Shown piece by piece: positions 1-8,381 of a DNA stretch of 64,000 bases (position 1 is its first letter; each line of letters begins with the position of its first letter). The DNA is taken from assembly GCA_047605325.1 (NCBI GenBank), contig JASGFX010000004.1:14957-78956 (forward strand), given 5' to 3'. A model generated the notes under the pieces. It was not told where the DNA came from. It saw nothing but the letters and a program-made list of their open reading frames with translations, and did not search any database. A program made the position numbers and the translations under genes. This DNA comes from Solirubrobacterales bacterium (GTDB lineage Bacteria; Actinomycetota; Thermoleophilia; Solirubrobacterales; JACPNS01).

Positions 1-539
1 TCAGTTTCGGACAGCACCATTTTCTCGCGAGCATTTATGTCGCCATGAAACTTCACGACCTCGCGCATGCTCGGATAGTGGCGACGGGCGCTTAGAACTT
101 CGGGAAAGTCAGCCTCTTGGACTAGCCGTTGACAGCGTCCGCCAGCGAGAGAAATGGAGCGTTCGATGAAACTGTCGTAGTTCGTCGTGTAAATCACCGG
201 GCAACCTTCCAGGGCGGCCAATTTCACGTGAATCGCGGAGAGAAGGAGCGCCTCATCAGGCGCATCCAGCTGAGTGAAAAGCCAGTTCAAGAGTTCGTCC
301 TTCTTGCCCTTTCGAGCGAGGAACTCAAGAATCTGCAGATCGGTTCCACGCACCCGAAGCAAGTCTGCATCTTCGAACTCCAGAATCTTTGCCGCCTGGT
401 TGACCAACTCGGGCCAGTTGGGGGGCCGAAATTCCTTTTCGTCAACTTTCCATCTCACAGACGCGGAAACACCAGCACCCACAAACGGGATCAATCGGCC
501 CTCTGCGTAGGAGCTTTTCAGGTCGGGCGGGATCTCCAC
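1..539 (-). CDS. SIR2-like (defence-type SIR2_2) domain protein, N-terminal part only; gene runs off the left edge
   Basis: Absent from the ORF track because it has no stop inside the window. My minus-strand translation from GTG at 539 reads VEIPPDLKSSYAEGRLIPFVGAGVSASV..NWPELVNQAAKIL..CPVIYTTNYDSFIERS..REVVKFHGDINAREKMVLSETD. The ordered GAGxS, TTNYD..E and xHGD motifs are typical of SIR2_2 domains. The GTG shares one base with the TAG stop of the upstream methyltransferase gene. Confidence 0.7.
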   Translation of the reverse strand, partial: MEIPPDLKSSYAEGRLIPFVGAGVSASVRWKVDEKEFRPPNWPELVNQAAKILEFEDADLLRVRGTDLQILEFLARKGKKDELLNWLFTQLDAPDEALLLSAIHVKLAALEGCPVIYTTNYDSFIERSISLAGGRCQRLVQEADFPEVLSARRHYPSMREVVKFHGDINAREKMVLSET

Positions 540-1162
540 TAGTCCGAAGCCTTTCGGGCAATGATTCTCGTCATGCTGTGAACATGCGGGATCCGATTGT
601 GAGGGTGCGACTCTTGGAGATCCTCGTCGGTGGCGTGCTCAAGGCGCCAGCCAGCAAAGCTCCCTAGGTACTCGTCGTGCGGAACTAGCGTCGGTTCAAA
701 ACCCGGGTGCGCCGTCAAATCTTGGTGGCGATCGTTGAAGGCGCAGAGCACGAACAGGCCGCCCGGCCGAACCGATATCTGAATTTTTTCAACGAGTTCG
801 AAAACCTCATCACGATTGGCCATGCAATGGGTTAGGCCGTACGCGATCGCCATGTCGAAGACCCCCTCACCGAGTTTGGACTCGCGAACGTCCGCGGTGC
901 GCCAAGTGACACTCTTAGGGATCCCGCCAAATTGCGTCACTCCGTTCTGTCTAGCCGTCGAAGAAACCTCAATTGCGAGGACGTCAGCCCCGAGGTCCGC
1001 TAGATGTACGGCGTTCTTTCCCTCGCCCGCTCCCACGTCGAGGACGTTCGCCCCAACGGGATCGAATCCGCTCTCGAGTGCAATTTTGACGAGCGAACCC
1101 GGTCCCTCACCCCAGAGGCACGGAACCGCCTGATATCCGTCTTCGTATCCGCCAGCCATCAA
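539..1162 (-). CDS. class I SAM-dependent methyltransferase (TehB-like)
   Basis: 207-aa ORF. SAM-binding motif I VLDVGAGEGKNAVHLA and acidic loop VLAIEVS are present. Overall layout resembles small-molecule TehB-type methyltransferases. Confidence 0.75.
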   Translation of the reverse strand: MMAGGYEDGYQAVPCLWGEGPGSLVKIALESGFDPVGANVLDVGAGEGKNAVHLADLGADVLAIEVSSTARQNGVTQFGGIPKSVTWRTADVRESKLGEGVFDMAIAYGLTHCMANRDEVFELVEKIQISVRPGGLFVLCAFNDRHQDLTAHPGFEPTLVPHDEYLGSFAGWRLEHATDEDLQESHPHNRIPHVHSMTRIIARKASD

Positions 1163-1260
1163 AGTTCACCCATCAAAGATTCGATAACTCATCCAGCGTG
1201 TAGATTCGCGCCGAATGCGCGTGGGGAAGATACCGGATATTTGGGGGCACAACTCTGGCT

Positions 1261-2145
1261 ATGACCCAGTCCTTCATTAAGTGGGCGGGCGGGAAATCCT
1301 GGTTGGCCGAAGCGGTGGGCCAGCTCCTCGGGGAACCCCGAGGTCGCTACATCGAACCCTTTGTCGGATCAGGGGCTGTGTTTTTTGAGCTCGAGCCGGC
1401 GAGGGCCGTTCTCTCGGACGCCAATTCTGAGCTCGTAAATGCACTCAAGGTGGTTCGCGACAACCCTGGGGCACTTAAGGGCCAGCTGCGCCGAAAAACG
1501 ATCTCTGCGGAGCATTTTCTCGCTATACGTGCGAGTAGGCCAAAGAGCGAAGTCGGTCGTGCGGCACGATTTGTGTATCTAAACCGGACCGCGTTTAACG
1601 GCATTTGGAGGGTGAACAGGCAGGGTGACTTCAACGTTCCGTTCGGATGCAAGCCAGGCACTGTCTTGTTCTCATCCGACGGGATCGACGCGTGCTCAAT
1701 TGCCCTCGCAAACGCAGATTTAGAAGTAAATGACTTTCGAGCTTCCCTGACCAAAGTTCAGACGAAAGACTCCGTCTATGTCGACCCGCCATACACGGTG
1801 AGCCACAACAACAATGGCTTTCGTCGCTACAACGAGAAGATTTTCAGCTGGGACGACCAACGGGATCTCGCCGCACGCGTGAACGGGCTCGGCAAACGCG
1901 GCGTCCGAGTCGTGGTTTCAAACGCTCACCACCGTCAGCTCGCGGAGTTGTACAGCGACGAGTGGCTCTCGTTCGCCGAGGTTCGTCGTCAAACCCGTAT
2001 TGCAGGCAGCGCAGAGCACCGTGGAATCACGTCTGAGCTCGTGATTGCGACGAAGCAGATCGCCCCGTCCAACAAAGTGCTTGCTGCTCGGCTTCGTGGT
2101 GCTGGAGTGGCGGCACGCGCTCTGCCCGTTCGCCGGGGGGATTGA
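1261..2145 (+). CDS. dam: DNA adenine methyltransferase, Dam / D12 class N6-MTase
   Basis: 294 aa. N-terminal KWAGGK, motif I EPFVGSGAV and catalytic DPPY are all present in the alpha-group order. Confidence 0.88.
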   Translation: MTQSFIKWAGGKSWLAEAVGQLLGEPRGRYIEPFVGSGAVFFELEPARAVLSDANSELVNALKVVRDNPGALKGQLRRKTISAEHFLAIRASRPKSEVGRAARFVYLNRTAFNGIWRVNRQGDFNVPFGCKPGTVLFSSDGIDACSIALANADLEVNDFRASLTKVQTKDSVYVDPPYTVSHNNNGFRRYNEKIFSWDDQRDLAARVNGLGKRGVRVVVSNAHHRQLAELYSDEWLSFAEVRRQTRIAGSAEHRGITSELVIATKQIAPSNKVLAARLRGAGVAARALPVRRGD

Positions 2146-3683
2146 TGGGCCACTTTCTCCGAGTTGCTGAAAAGGTTCTTCGCACAACGTCGAGGCCGAT
2201 GAGCGCTCGCGAGATCGTCGATGTCGCACTTCGAGATCGGATGCTCGAGTCCGCCGGAAAGACGCCGTCACAGACGATGAAGGCGAAGCTCAGCGTGGAG
2301 ATTCGCAGCAAAGGTCCCGAGTCGATGTTCGTGCGGACGTCGCCTGGCAGGTTTTATCTGAGATCCCTGCTCGAAGACGAAAGCGGAATCTACGAGGCAC
2401 CGCCATTGACCCCTCCGCCCCCCGAAGAACAAGTCCTTGTGTATCCGGCGACGCTCTTCGATGCGATCAACCGACCCCAAGGGCTCATCGTTCGAGGAAA
2501 GGCCTTCGATGACTTGCGGCGGCTCTTGCGCGAAACTGACTCGCATTACATTGACCGTCTTGAGGCGGAGGCGACAGAGGATTTCAAGCAAGCTCTCACC
2601 TACGTGCTGGTCACCCGGGGAAACCAAGTGCTTTGCTTCCAGCGGGGCAGCTACAACCGCGTGGCGGATTTTCTTCGCGGTGCTCGTTGCATCGGCTTTG
2701 GCGGACACGTCACATCTGCGGACGCCACGCTGTTCAGCGCCGAGGACAACGGAATTCTTGGAAACGCCGCCCGGGAGCTAGCCGAAGAACTGAAGCTCCC
2801 AGACGCCGACAAACGTCGGCTTGAGTTCGGTGAGGGGATCGAGCTCGTCGGGATCATCAATGACGACTCGTCGTCTGTTGGCCGAAGACACGTTGCAGCT
2901 GTGTACAGATACGAGGTCAGCGACTCGTCGTCGTGGTCCGAACCCGAACGTGGCGAGAAATCGATAACCCAACTCGGGTGGCTTGATATCGGCAGTGAAA
3001 CTGTCCGGCTCGAAGAGTTCGAGTATTGGTCGCAGTTGTGCCTAAGTGGGTACTTCGGTTCTTCCGTCAAGGGTGCGCCCTCATTCAACATCCGGCGAAA
3101 GCTTGACCTCTCTGGCAAGCACATTCTCGTGATCATGGGAGAAATCGGAAGCGGTAAATCATCAATGACTTCCGTACTCACGAGCGATTTTGGTTACACC
3201 GAGGTCAACAGCGGTGCTGCACTTGCGGAACTCCTTGACCTGCCAAAGTTGGCGCCTGCGGGCGAGTCTGGGCGCGCGGAATTTCAGAACGCCGCGGCTT
3301 CGTTCATCAATTCGCCAGACGGCCCGCGAAAGCTCGCGATCGAGATACTTCGTCGCGCTCGCGAGTCCGGCGCGGATCGAGTGGTCGTCGATGGGATCCG
3401 TCAACGCGCGACACTGGATGCAATTCGTGACGCAGCCGAACATCCGATATACACAGTGTACGTGCATACCCCCCCGGATGTAGCCTTCCGCCTGTACAAG
3501 AGCCGTCGCGGTGACAATCCGACCGTTCAGGAGTTTGTCGAGGTGCGGGAAGCGGAGGTTGAGAGCGAAGTGGCTGAAATGATCCAAGTGGCCGACACGG
3601 TCGTGTACAACTGGATTGGCCAGGGGGCATTCCGAACTGTGATCCGCTCGGTGATGGGTGACCTCGGAGTTACTCGATCCTGA
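2142..3683 (+). CDS. three-domain fusion: HARE-HTH winged helix + Nudix-like hydrolase + P-loop nucleotide/nucleoside kinase-like domain
   Basis: 513 aa. The N-terminus MSAREIVDVAL..GKTPSQTMKAKLSVEI..FVRTSPGRFYLR matches the HARE-HTH pattern. The middle has a Nudix-box-like GGHV..GNAARELAEELKL. The C-terminus has Walker A ILVIMGEIGSGKSS and Walker-B-like RVVVDGIR. The ATG overlaps the dam stop (ATGA). Confidence 0.7.
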   Translation: MMGHFLRVAEKVLRTTSRPMSAREIVDVALRDRMLESAGKTPSQTMKAKLSVEIRSKGPESMFVRTSPGRFYLRSLLEDESGIYEAPPLTPPPPEEQVLVYPATLFDAINRPQGLIVRGKAFDDLRRLLRETDSHYIDRLEAEATEDFKQALTYVLVTRGNQVLCFQRGSYNRVADFLRGARCIGFGGHVTSADATLFSAEDNGILGNAARELAEELKLPDADKRRLEFGEGIELVGIINDDSSSVGRRHVAAVYRYEVSDSSSWSEPERGEKSITQLGWLDIGSETVRLEEFEYWSQLCLSGYFGSSVKGAPSFNIRRKLDLSGKHILVIMGEIGSGKSSMTSVLTSDFGYTEVNSGAALAELLDLPKLAPAGESGRAEFQNAAASFINSPDGPRKLAIEILRRARESGADRVVVDGIRQRATLDAIRDAAEHPIYTVYVHTPPDVAFRLYKSRRGDNPTVQEFVEVREAEVESEVAEMIQVADTVVYNWIGQGAFRTVIRSVMGDLGVTRS

Positions 3684-3698
3684 CGATCCCAGCCTGGC

Positions 3699-5210
3699 CT
3701 AGCAAAGATCAAGATCCTGCGTCACGACGGGATTCCTCGCCGCAGCCGCCTCATCCAAACGCCGCACCGGCGTCGTGTACGGCGCGTTCTTCACGAACTC
3801 AGCGTCGCGCTCGGACTCTTCGAGGATCTGATCGAGAGCGTCGATGAAGCCGTCGAGCGTCTCCATCGTCTCGGTCTCGGTCGGCTCGATCATCAGCGCC
3901 TCGTCGACGAGCAACGGGAAGTAGATCGTCGGCGGGTGGTAGCCCAGATCAAGCAGGCGCTTGGCGATGTCGGTGGCGCGCACGTCGAGGTCGCGCTTGG
4001 CCGGTGAAGCCGAGAGCACGTACTCGTGCTTGCACGTGCGATCAAACTCAACCGGCAGGTACTTCGCAACGCGCTCCTTCTTCTTGCCCTGCTCGAGCAT
4101 GTAGTTGGCGTTCAGCACGGCCGTCTCGGAGGCGGCCTTCAGGCCCTCGCCGCCGAGCGAGAGGATGTACGCGTAGGTGCGCACGAACACGCCGAAGTTG
4201 CCCTGGAAGCCGCGCAGGCGGCCGATGCTCTTGGGCTGGTCGAAGTCGTAGGCAAAGCGGCCGTCCTTCTTTGCAACCCGCGGCACCGGCAGATACGGGG
4301 CCATGCGCTCGGAGACCGCGATTGGGCCGCTGCCCGGACCGCCGCCGCCGTGCGGCTGCGTGAACGACTTGTGCAGGTTCATGTGGACGATGTCAAAGCC
4401 CATGTCGCCCGGGCGCGAGATGCCCATCACCGCGTTGAGGTTCGCGCCGTCGTAGTAGAGCGTCGCGCCTACCGAGTGCATGATCTCGGCGATCTCCTCG
4501 ATGTTCTCGTCGAACAGGCCCAGGGTGTTGGGGTTCGTGAGCATCAGGCAGGCGACATCCGTGGTCGCCTTCTCGCGCAGGTCGTCGATGTCGACTCCCC
4601 CGCGCTCGTTGGTCGCCACCTTGACCGTTTCGTATCCGGCCATCGTGACCGTCGCCGGGTTGGTGCCGTGCGAGGTGTCGGGGGCGAGAACCTTCGTGCG
4701 GTGCTCGCCGCGGTCCTCGTGGTAGGCCTTCGTCAGCAGCACTCCGGCGAGCTCGCCGTGGCTCCCGGCGCTCGGCTGGAGGCAAACGTGCGGCAGGCCC
4801 GTGATCTCGCTGAGCGCGCCCTCGAGGTAGTACATCAGCTCCAGCGCGCCCTGGGCACGGTCACTGTTCTGCAGCGGGTGCAGACGAGAAAAGCCGGGCA
4901 GCGCCGCGGCGCGCTCGTGCAGCTTCGGGTTGTGCTTCATCGTGCACGAGCCGAGCGGGTAGAAGCCGCTGTCGAGGTCGAAGTTGCGGCGGCTGAGCTT
5001 GTTGTAGTGGCGGACGATCTCGGGCTCGGCGATCTCCGGCAGACGCGCCGGCGCCTTGCGGATCGCGCCCTCCGGCAGCAATTCGGAGACGTCGCGGTCG
5101 GGCACATCGAGTGCTGGCAGCGCGCTCGCGCGGCGGCCCGGCTTGGACTTCTCGTAGATCGTCGTGGCCTTCTCGGCCTGCATCGGGGTTTCGGTGACGT
5201 TGACGGTCAT
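3699..5210 (-). CDS. gcvPB: glycine dehydrogenase (aminomethyl-transferring) subunit 2
   Basis: 503 aa. PLP-lysine region [18 protein letters not shown] is present. Overlaps the gcvPA stop. Confidence 0.93.
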   Translation of the reverse strand: MTVNVTETPMQAEKATTIYEKSKPGRRASALPALDVPDRDVSELLPEGAIRKAPARLPEIAEPEIVRHYNKLSRRNFDLDSGFYPLGSCTMKHNPKLHERAAALPGFSRLHPLQNSDRAQGALELMYYLEGALSEITGLPHVCLQPSAGSHGELAGVLLTKAYHEDRGEHRTKVLAPDTSHGTNPATVTMAGYETVKVATNERGGVDIDDLREKATTDVACLMLTNPNTLGLFDENIEEIAEIMHSVGATLYYDGANLNAVMGISRPGDMGFDIVHMNLHKSFTQPHGGGGPGSGPIAVSERMAPYLPVPRVAKKDGRFAYDFDQPKSIGRLRGFQGNFGVFVRTYAYILSLGGEGLKAASETAVLNANYMLEQGKKKERVAKYLPVEFDRTCKHEYVLSASPAKRDLDVRATDIAKRLLDLGYHPPTIYFPLLVDEALMIEPTETETMETLDGFIDALDQILEESERDAEFVKNAPYTTPVRRLDEAAAARNPVVTQDLDLC

Positions 5211-6580
5211 GCGCTCACCCCCACGGTCGAGGCAGTCGCAATCGCCGCGCCCAGCCGTTCTGCGAGCAGGTCGATCTGCTCGCGGCTGCGCTTCTCGGTG
5301 ATCGCCACGAGGATCGCGTCGCCCAGCTCGGGGTAGTCGATCCCGAGCCGGTAACCACCGTTGATGCCGTCGAGCGCGAGCTGGTCGAGCACGGCGCGCG
5401 CCGGGGCGTCGACCTTGATCGCAAACTCGCGGAAGACCGGAGCGTCGAACAGCAGTTCCACGCCGTCGACAGCCGAGAGCGCCTCGCGCGCGTAGGCCGT
5501 GCGCTTGAGCATCAGCTCGCCGAGTTCGACGATCCCCTTGCGGCCGAGCCAGCTCAGGTAGATCGTGCCCGCGAGCGCGTTCAGCGCCTGGCTCGTGCAG
5601 ATGTTGCTGGTCGCCTTCTCACGGCGGATGTGCTGTTCGCGCGTCTGCAGCGTGAGCACCCAGCCGCGGCGGCCGTCGGCGTCGACGGTCTCGCCGGCGA
5701 TGCGGCCGGGCATGCGGCGGATCAGCTTCTTGGTGGCGGCGAAGAAACCGAAGCTCGGGCCGCCGAAGTCGAGGCGGTTGCCGAGCGTCTGGCCCTCGCC
5801 GACGCAGATGTCGACGCCGAAGTCGCCTGGAGGCGCGAGTACGCCCAAGGTGAGCGGGTCGGCAACGCAGACGACGAGCGCGCCCTTGGCATGGGCGGCC
5901 TCGGTCAGCGCGCCGAGATCCTCGATCGAGCCGAAGAAGTTCGGGTACTGGATGAAGATCGCCGCGGTCTCGTCGTCGATCTGCTCGGCGAACGTGGCCG
6001 GGTCGGTGACGCCGTTCTCGGCGTTCACCTCGACGACCTCGCCGCCATAGCCGTGGGCGTTGGTCTTGAGCGTCTGGCGGTACTGCGGGTTGACGGCCGA
6101 CGAGACGACGAACCTGGTCCGCTTGTTCTCGTTGTAGGCGAGGTAGCCGGCAGCGGCCATCGCGCTCGGACCCTCATACACGGAAGCGTTGGAGACGTCT
6201 AGACCGGTCAGTTCGGCGATCGCCGTCTGGTACTCGAACATCACCTGCAGGTTGCCCTGACTGACCTCAGGCTGGTACGGCGTGTACGGCGTGAGGAACT
6301 CGCTGCGCGAGATGATCGAGTCGACCAGCGCGGGGACGTAGTGGTCGTACATCCCGGCGCCGAGGAAGCTGATCTCGCGGTCGGCGTGGATGTTCTTCTC
6401 GGCGAGCGCGGCGAGGTGGTCGAACACCTCGAACTCGGCCTTGCCCGCAGGCAGGTCGAGCGGGCGCTGGAGCCGCACCCCATCGGGGATGTCGGCGAAA
6501 AGGTCATCGATCGAATCCGCCCCGATCGCGGCCAGCATGGCGGCGCGGTCGTCGGGCGTGTCAGACGTGTACGTGCTCAA
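5207..6580 (-). CDS. gcvPA: glycine dehydrogenase subunit 1
   Basis: 457 aa with a typical GcvPA N-terminus ([23 protein letters not shown]). TTG start preceded by a GAAGGA RBS. Confidence 0.92.
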   Translation of the reverse strand: MSTYTSDTPDDRAAMLAAIGADSIDDLFADIPDGVRLQRPLDLPAGKAEFEVFDHLAALAEKNIHADREISFLGAGMYDHYVPALVDSIISRSEFLTPYTPYQPEVSQGNLQVMFEYQTAIAELTGLDVSNASVYEGPSAMAAAGYLAYNENKRTRFVVSSAVNPQYRQTLKTNAHGYGGEVVEVNAENGVTDPATFAEQIDDETAAIFIQYPNFFGSIEDLGALTEAAHAKGALVVCVADPLTLGVLAPPGDFGVDICVGEGQTLGNRLDFGGPSFGFFAATKKLIRRMPGRIAGETVDADGRRGWVLTLQTREQHIRREKATSNICTSQALNALAGTIYLSWLGRKGIVELGELMLKRTAYAREALSAVDGVELLFDAPVFREFAIKVDAPARAVLDQLALDGINGGYRLGIDYPELGDAILVAITEKRSREQIDLLAERLGAAIATASTVGVSA

Positions 6581-6739
6581 ACGCGGTCCTTCGTGAGTCG
6601 GGGAGACGCGCCGCCTGGGGTCGGCGGGGCGTTATGGAGACTTTAGAAGGTGGGCTGGCGGGAGGTTGAGATGGATCGCGGTGGAGTTTTGGCGATCAAA
6701 AGGAGTTTTGCGGCACGGCGCAAATTGCGTGTCCCGCAT

Positions 6740-6806
6740 AAACAAGCGGTAAATCTTCCTAGGTCTGCGCTCGCGGCGCAGACCTAGGAGCAAATCGCCC
6801 TTGTTT
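6740..6806. repeat. palindromic REP-like element, copy 1
   Basis: Perfect 13-bp stem CCTAGGTCTGCGC (6758-6770) / GCGCAGACCTAGG (6776-6788) with a 5-nt loop. It is flanked by imperfect arms AAACAAGCGGTAAATCTTCC / GGAGCAAATCGCCCTTGTTT. Related copies lie at 60285-60345 and 60542-60606. Confidence 0.7.
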
Positions 6807-6845
6807 GCGCAGGTCCGAGCGAAGGGCTGACCCCTTCGCCGGAAT

Positions 6846-7235
6846 TCAGCCGGCGAGCAGCCCTTCGTATCCGGCCTTGTCGAGCAGGCTGCTCGTCTCG
6901 CTCGGGTCCGAGAGCCGGATCTTGACCATCCACCCCGCTCCGTACGGGTCGTCGTTGATCGTCTCGGGCGCGTCGCCCAGGGCCTCGTTGACCTCGATGA
7001 TCTCGCCGCTCAATGGCGAGACGACCTCGGATACGGCCTTGACCGACTCGATCTCGGCGTAAGAGGCATCCTTGGTGACGGTCGACCCGACGGCCGGCGG
7101 CTCGAAGAACACGACCTCACCCAGCGCATCCTGCGCGAACCAGGTGATTCCGAATGTGGCGACGTCGCCCTCGATCTTGGCCCAGTCGTGCTCGGGGTGG
7201 TACAGCAGACCGTCGGGGTAGTTCTCTTCAGCCAC
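6846..7235 (-). CDS. gcvH: glycine cleavage system H protein
   Basis: 129 aa. Lipoyl-lysine motif EIESVKAVSEV is present. Confidence 0.93.
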   Translation of the reverse strand: MAEENYPDGLLYHPEHDWAKIEGDVATFGITWFAQDALGEVVFFEPPAVGSTVTKDASYAEIESVKAVSEVVSPLSGEIIEVNEALGDAPETINDDPYGAGWMVKIRLSDPSETSSLLDKAGYEGLLAG

Positions 7236-7280
7236 TTTGGAAACCTTTCAGGGGTCGATTGCTGGGCGCAATCCTAATGG

Positions 7281-8381
7281 TTAGGCAGGCTTGACGTAGA
7301 GCGGGCGCTTGCGCACCTGTGCCGGGCGCAGCTTGCCGCGGATGTCGATCTCGATGTCGCTGCCCGACTCGGTGAAGCGCGAGTCGATATAGGCCATCCC
7401 CACGCCGCTGTCGAGCGACGGCGAGAGCGTGCCACTGGTGACGACGCCGATCTCATCGCCGCCGCGGACAACCGGGTTGCCCTGGCGCGGAATGCCGGGG
7501 CCGACGATCGTGAACGGCACGAGCTTGCGCTCCGGCCCGTTGGCGGCGATCTCCTTGAGCGCGTCAACCCCGACGAAGTCGGTCTCCAGCGCGCAGGCCC
7601 ACGAGAGGCCGGCCGAGATCGGATCGACATCGCGCGAAAGGTCGTTGCCGTAGAGGTGGAAGCAGACCTCGAGTCGCAGCGTGTCACGCGCGGCGAGGCC
7701 GATCGGCTTGGCCCCGGCGATGATCAGGTCTTCCCAGACGATCGGGGCGTCGGCCGGCGAGACGAGGATCTCCACCCCGTCCTCACCGGTGTAGCCGGTG
7801 CCGGCGATCAGCGCCGGGTGGTTTGCGACCTTGCTGTCGACGATCGTCATCCGCTCGGGCGCCGCGGCGCCACCGAGCAACTGCGCGAGCACCGTGCGCG
7901 CCTGCGGACCCTGCAGCGCGATCATCGCGTACTCGTTGGCACGGTCGATCACGTCGACGTCGAAGCCACCGGCGTTGCCTGCGAACCACTCGAAATCGGT
8001 CGGATGGTTGGCCGCGTTGGTGACGGTCAGATAGCGGTTCTGACCGAGCCGGTAGGTGAAGAGGTCGTCGATCACACCGCCGTCGGCCTGACATATCAGC
8101 GAGTACTGCGCGCCACCGATCGGGATCTTGCTGACGTCGTTGGTGAGGATCGACTGCAGGAACTGCTCGGCCTGCGGGCCGGTCGTCTCGATCTGGCCCA
8201 TGTGCGAGACGTCGAAGATTCCGGCATGCTGGCGGACCTGCTGGTGCTCGGCGCGGATGCCGTCCTGGTACTGCACCGGCATCTCCCAGCCGGCGAACGG
8301 GACGACCTTGGCGCCTTCGGCAACATGGCGGTCGTAGAGCGGAGTGCGGCGCAGCGGCTGCGCGGATTCGGTCTCGGTCAT
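7281..8381 (-). CDS. gcvT: aminomethyltransferase (glycine cleavage T protein)
   Basis: Track ORF 7281-8564 trimmed to the ATG at 8381 (MTETESAQPLRRTPLYDRHVAEGAKVVPFAGWEMPVQY). That ATG overlaps the stop of the upstream kinase gene (ATGA). Confidence 0.9.
   Translation of the reverse strand: MTETESAQPLRRTPLYDRHVAEGAKVVPFAGWEMPVQYQDGIRAEHQQVRQHAGIFDVSHMGQIETTGPQAEQFLQSILTNDVSKIPIGGAQYSLICQADGGVIDDLFTYRLGQNRYLTVTNAANHPTDFEWFAGNAGGFDVDVIDRANEYAMIALQGPQARTVLAQLLGGAAAPERMTIVDSKVANHPALIAGTGYTGEDGVEILVSPADAPIVWEDLIIAGAKPIGLAARDTLRLEVCFHLYGNDLSRDVDPISAGLSWACALETDFVGVDALKEIAANGPERKLVPFTIVGPGIPRQGNPVVRGGDEIGVVTSGTLSPSLDSGVGMAYIDSRFTESGSDIEIDIRGKLRPAQVRKRPLYVKPA

Noticed and set aside
129-542. Plus-strand ORFs 129-542 and 274-510 listed in the track
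   Set aside because: The opposite strand encodes a sequence with clear SIR2_2 motifs (GAGVS, TTNYD, FHGD). The plus-strand translations show no recognisable motif and are best explained as antisense shadows.
4026-5336. Long alternative-frame or antisense ORFs throughout the window (for example 4026-5336, 9258-10601, 13985-15199, 15052-16329, 21937-23901, 25349-25855, 37467-38825, 40769-42256, 56030-58120, 62334-63365)
   Set aside because: All overlap genes with unambiguous conserved motifs in another frame. Their translations are Arg/Ala/Gly/Pro-rich low-complexity strings, typical of stop-codon-poor frames in about-70% GC DNA.
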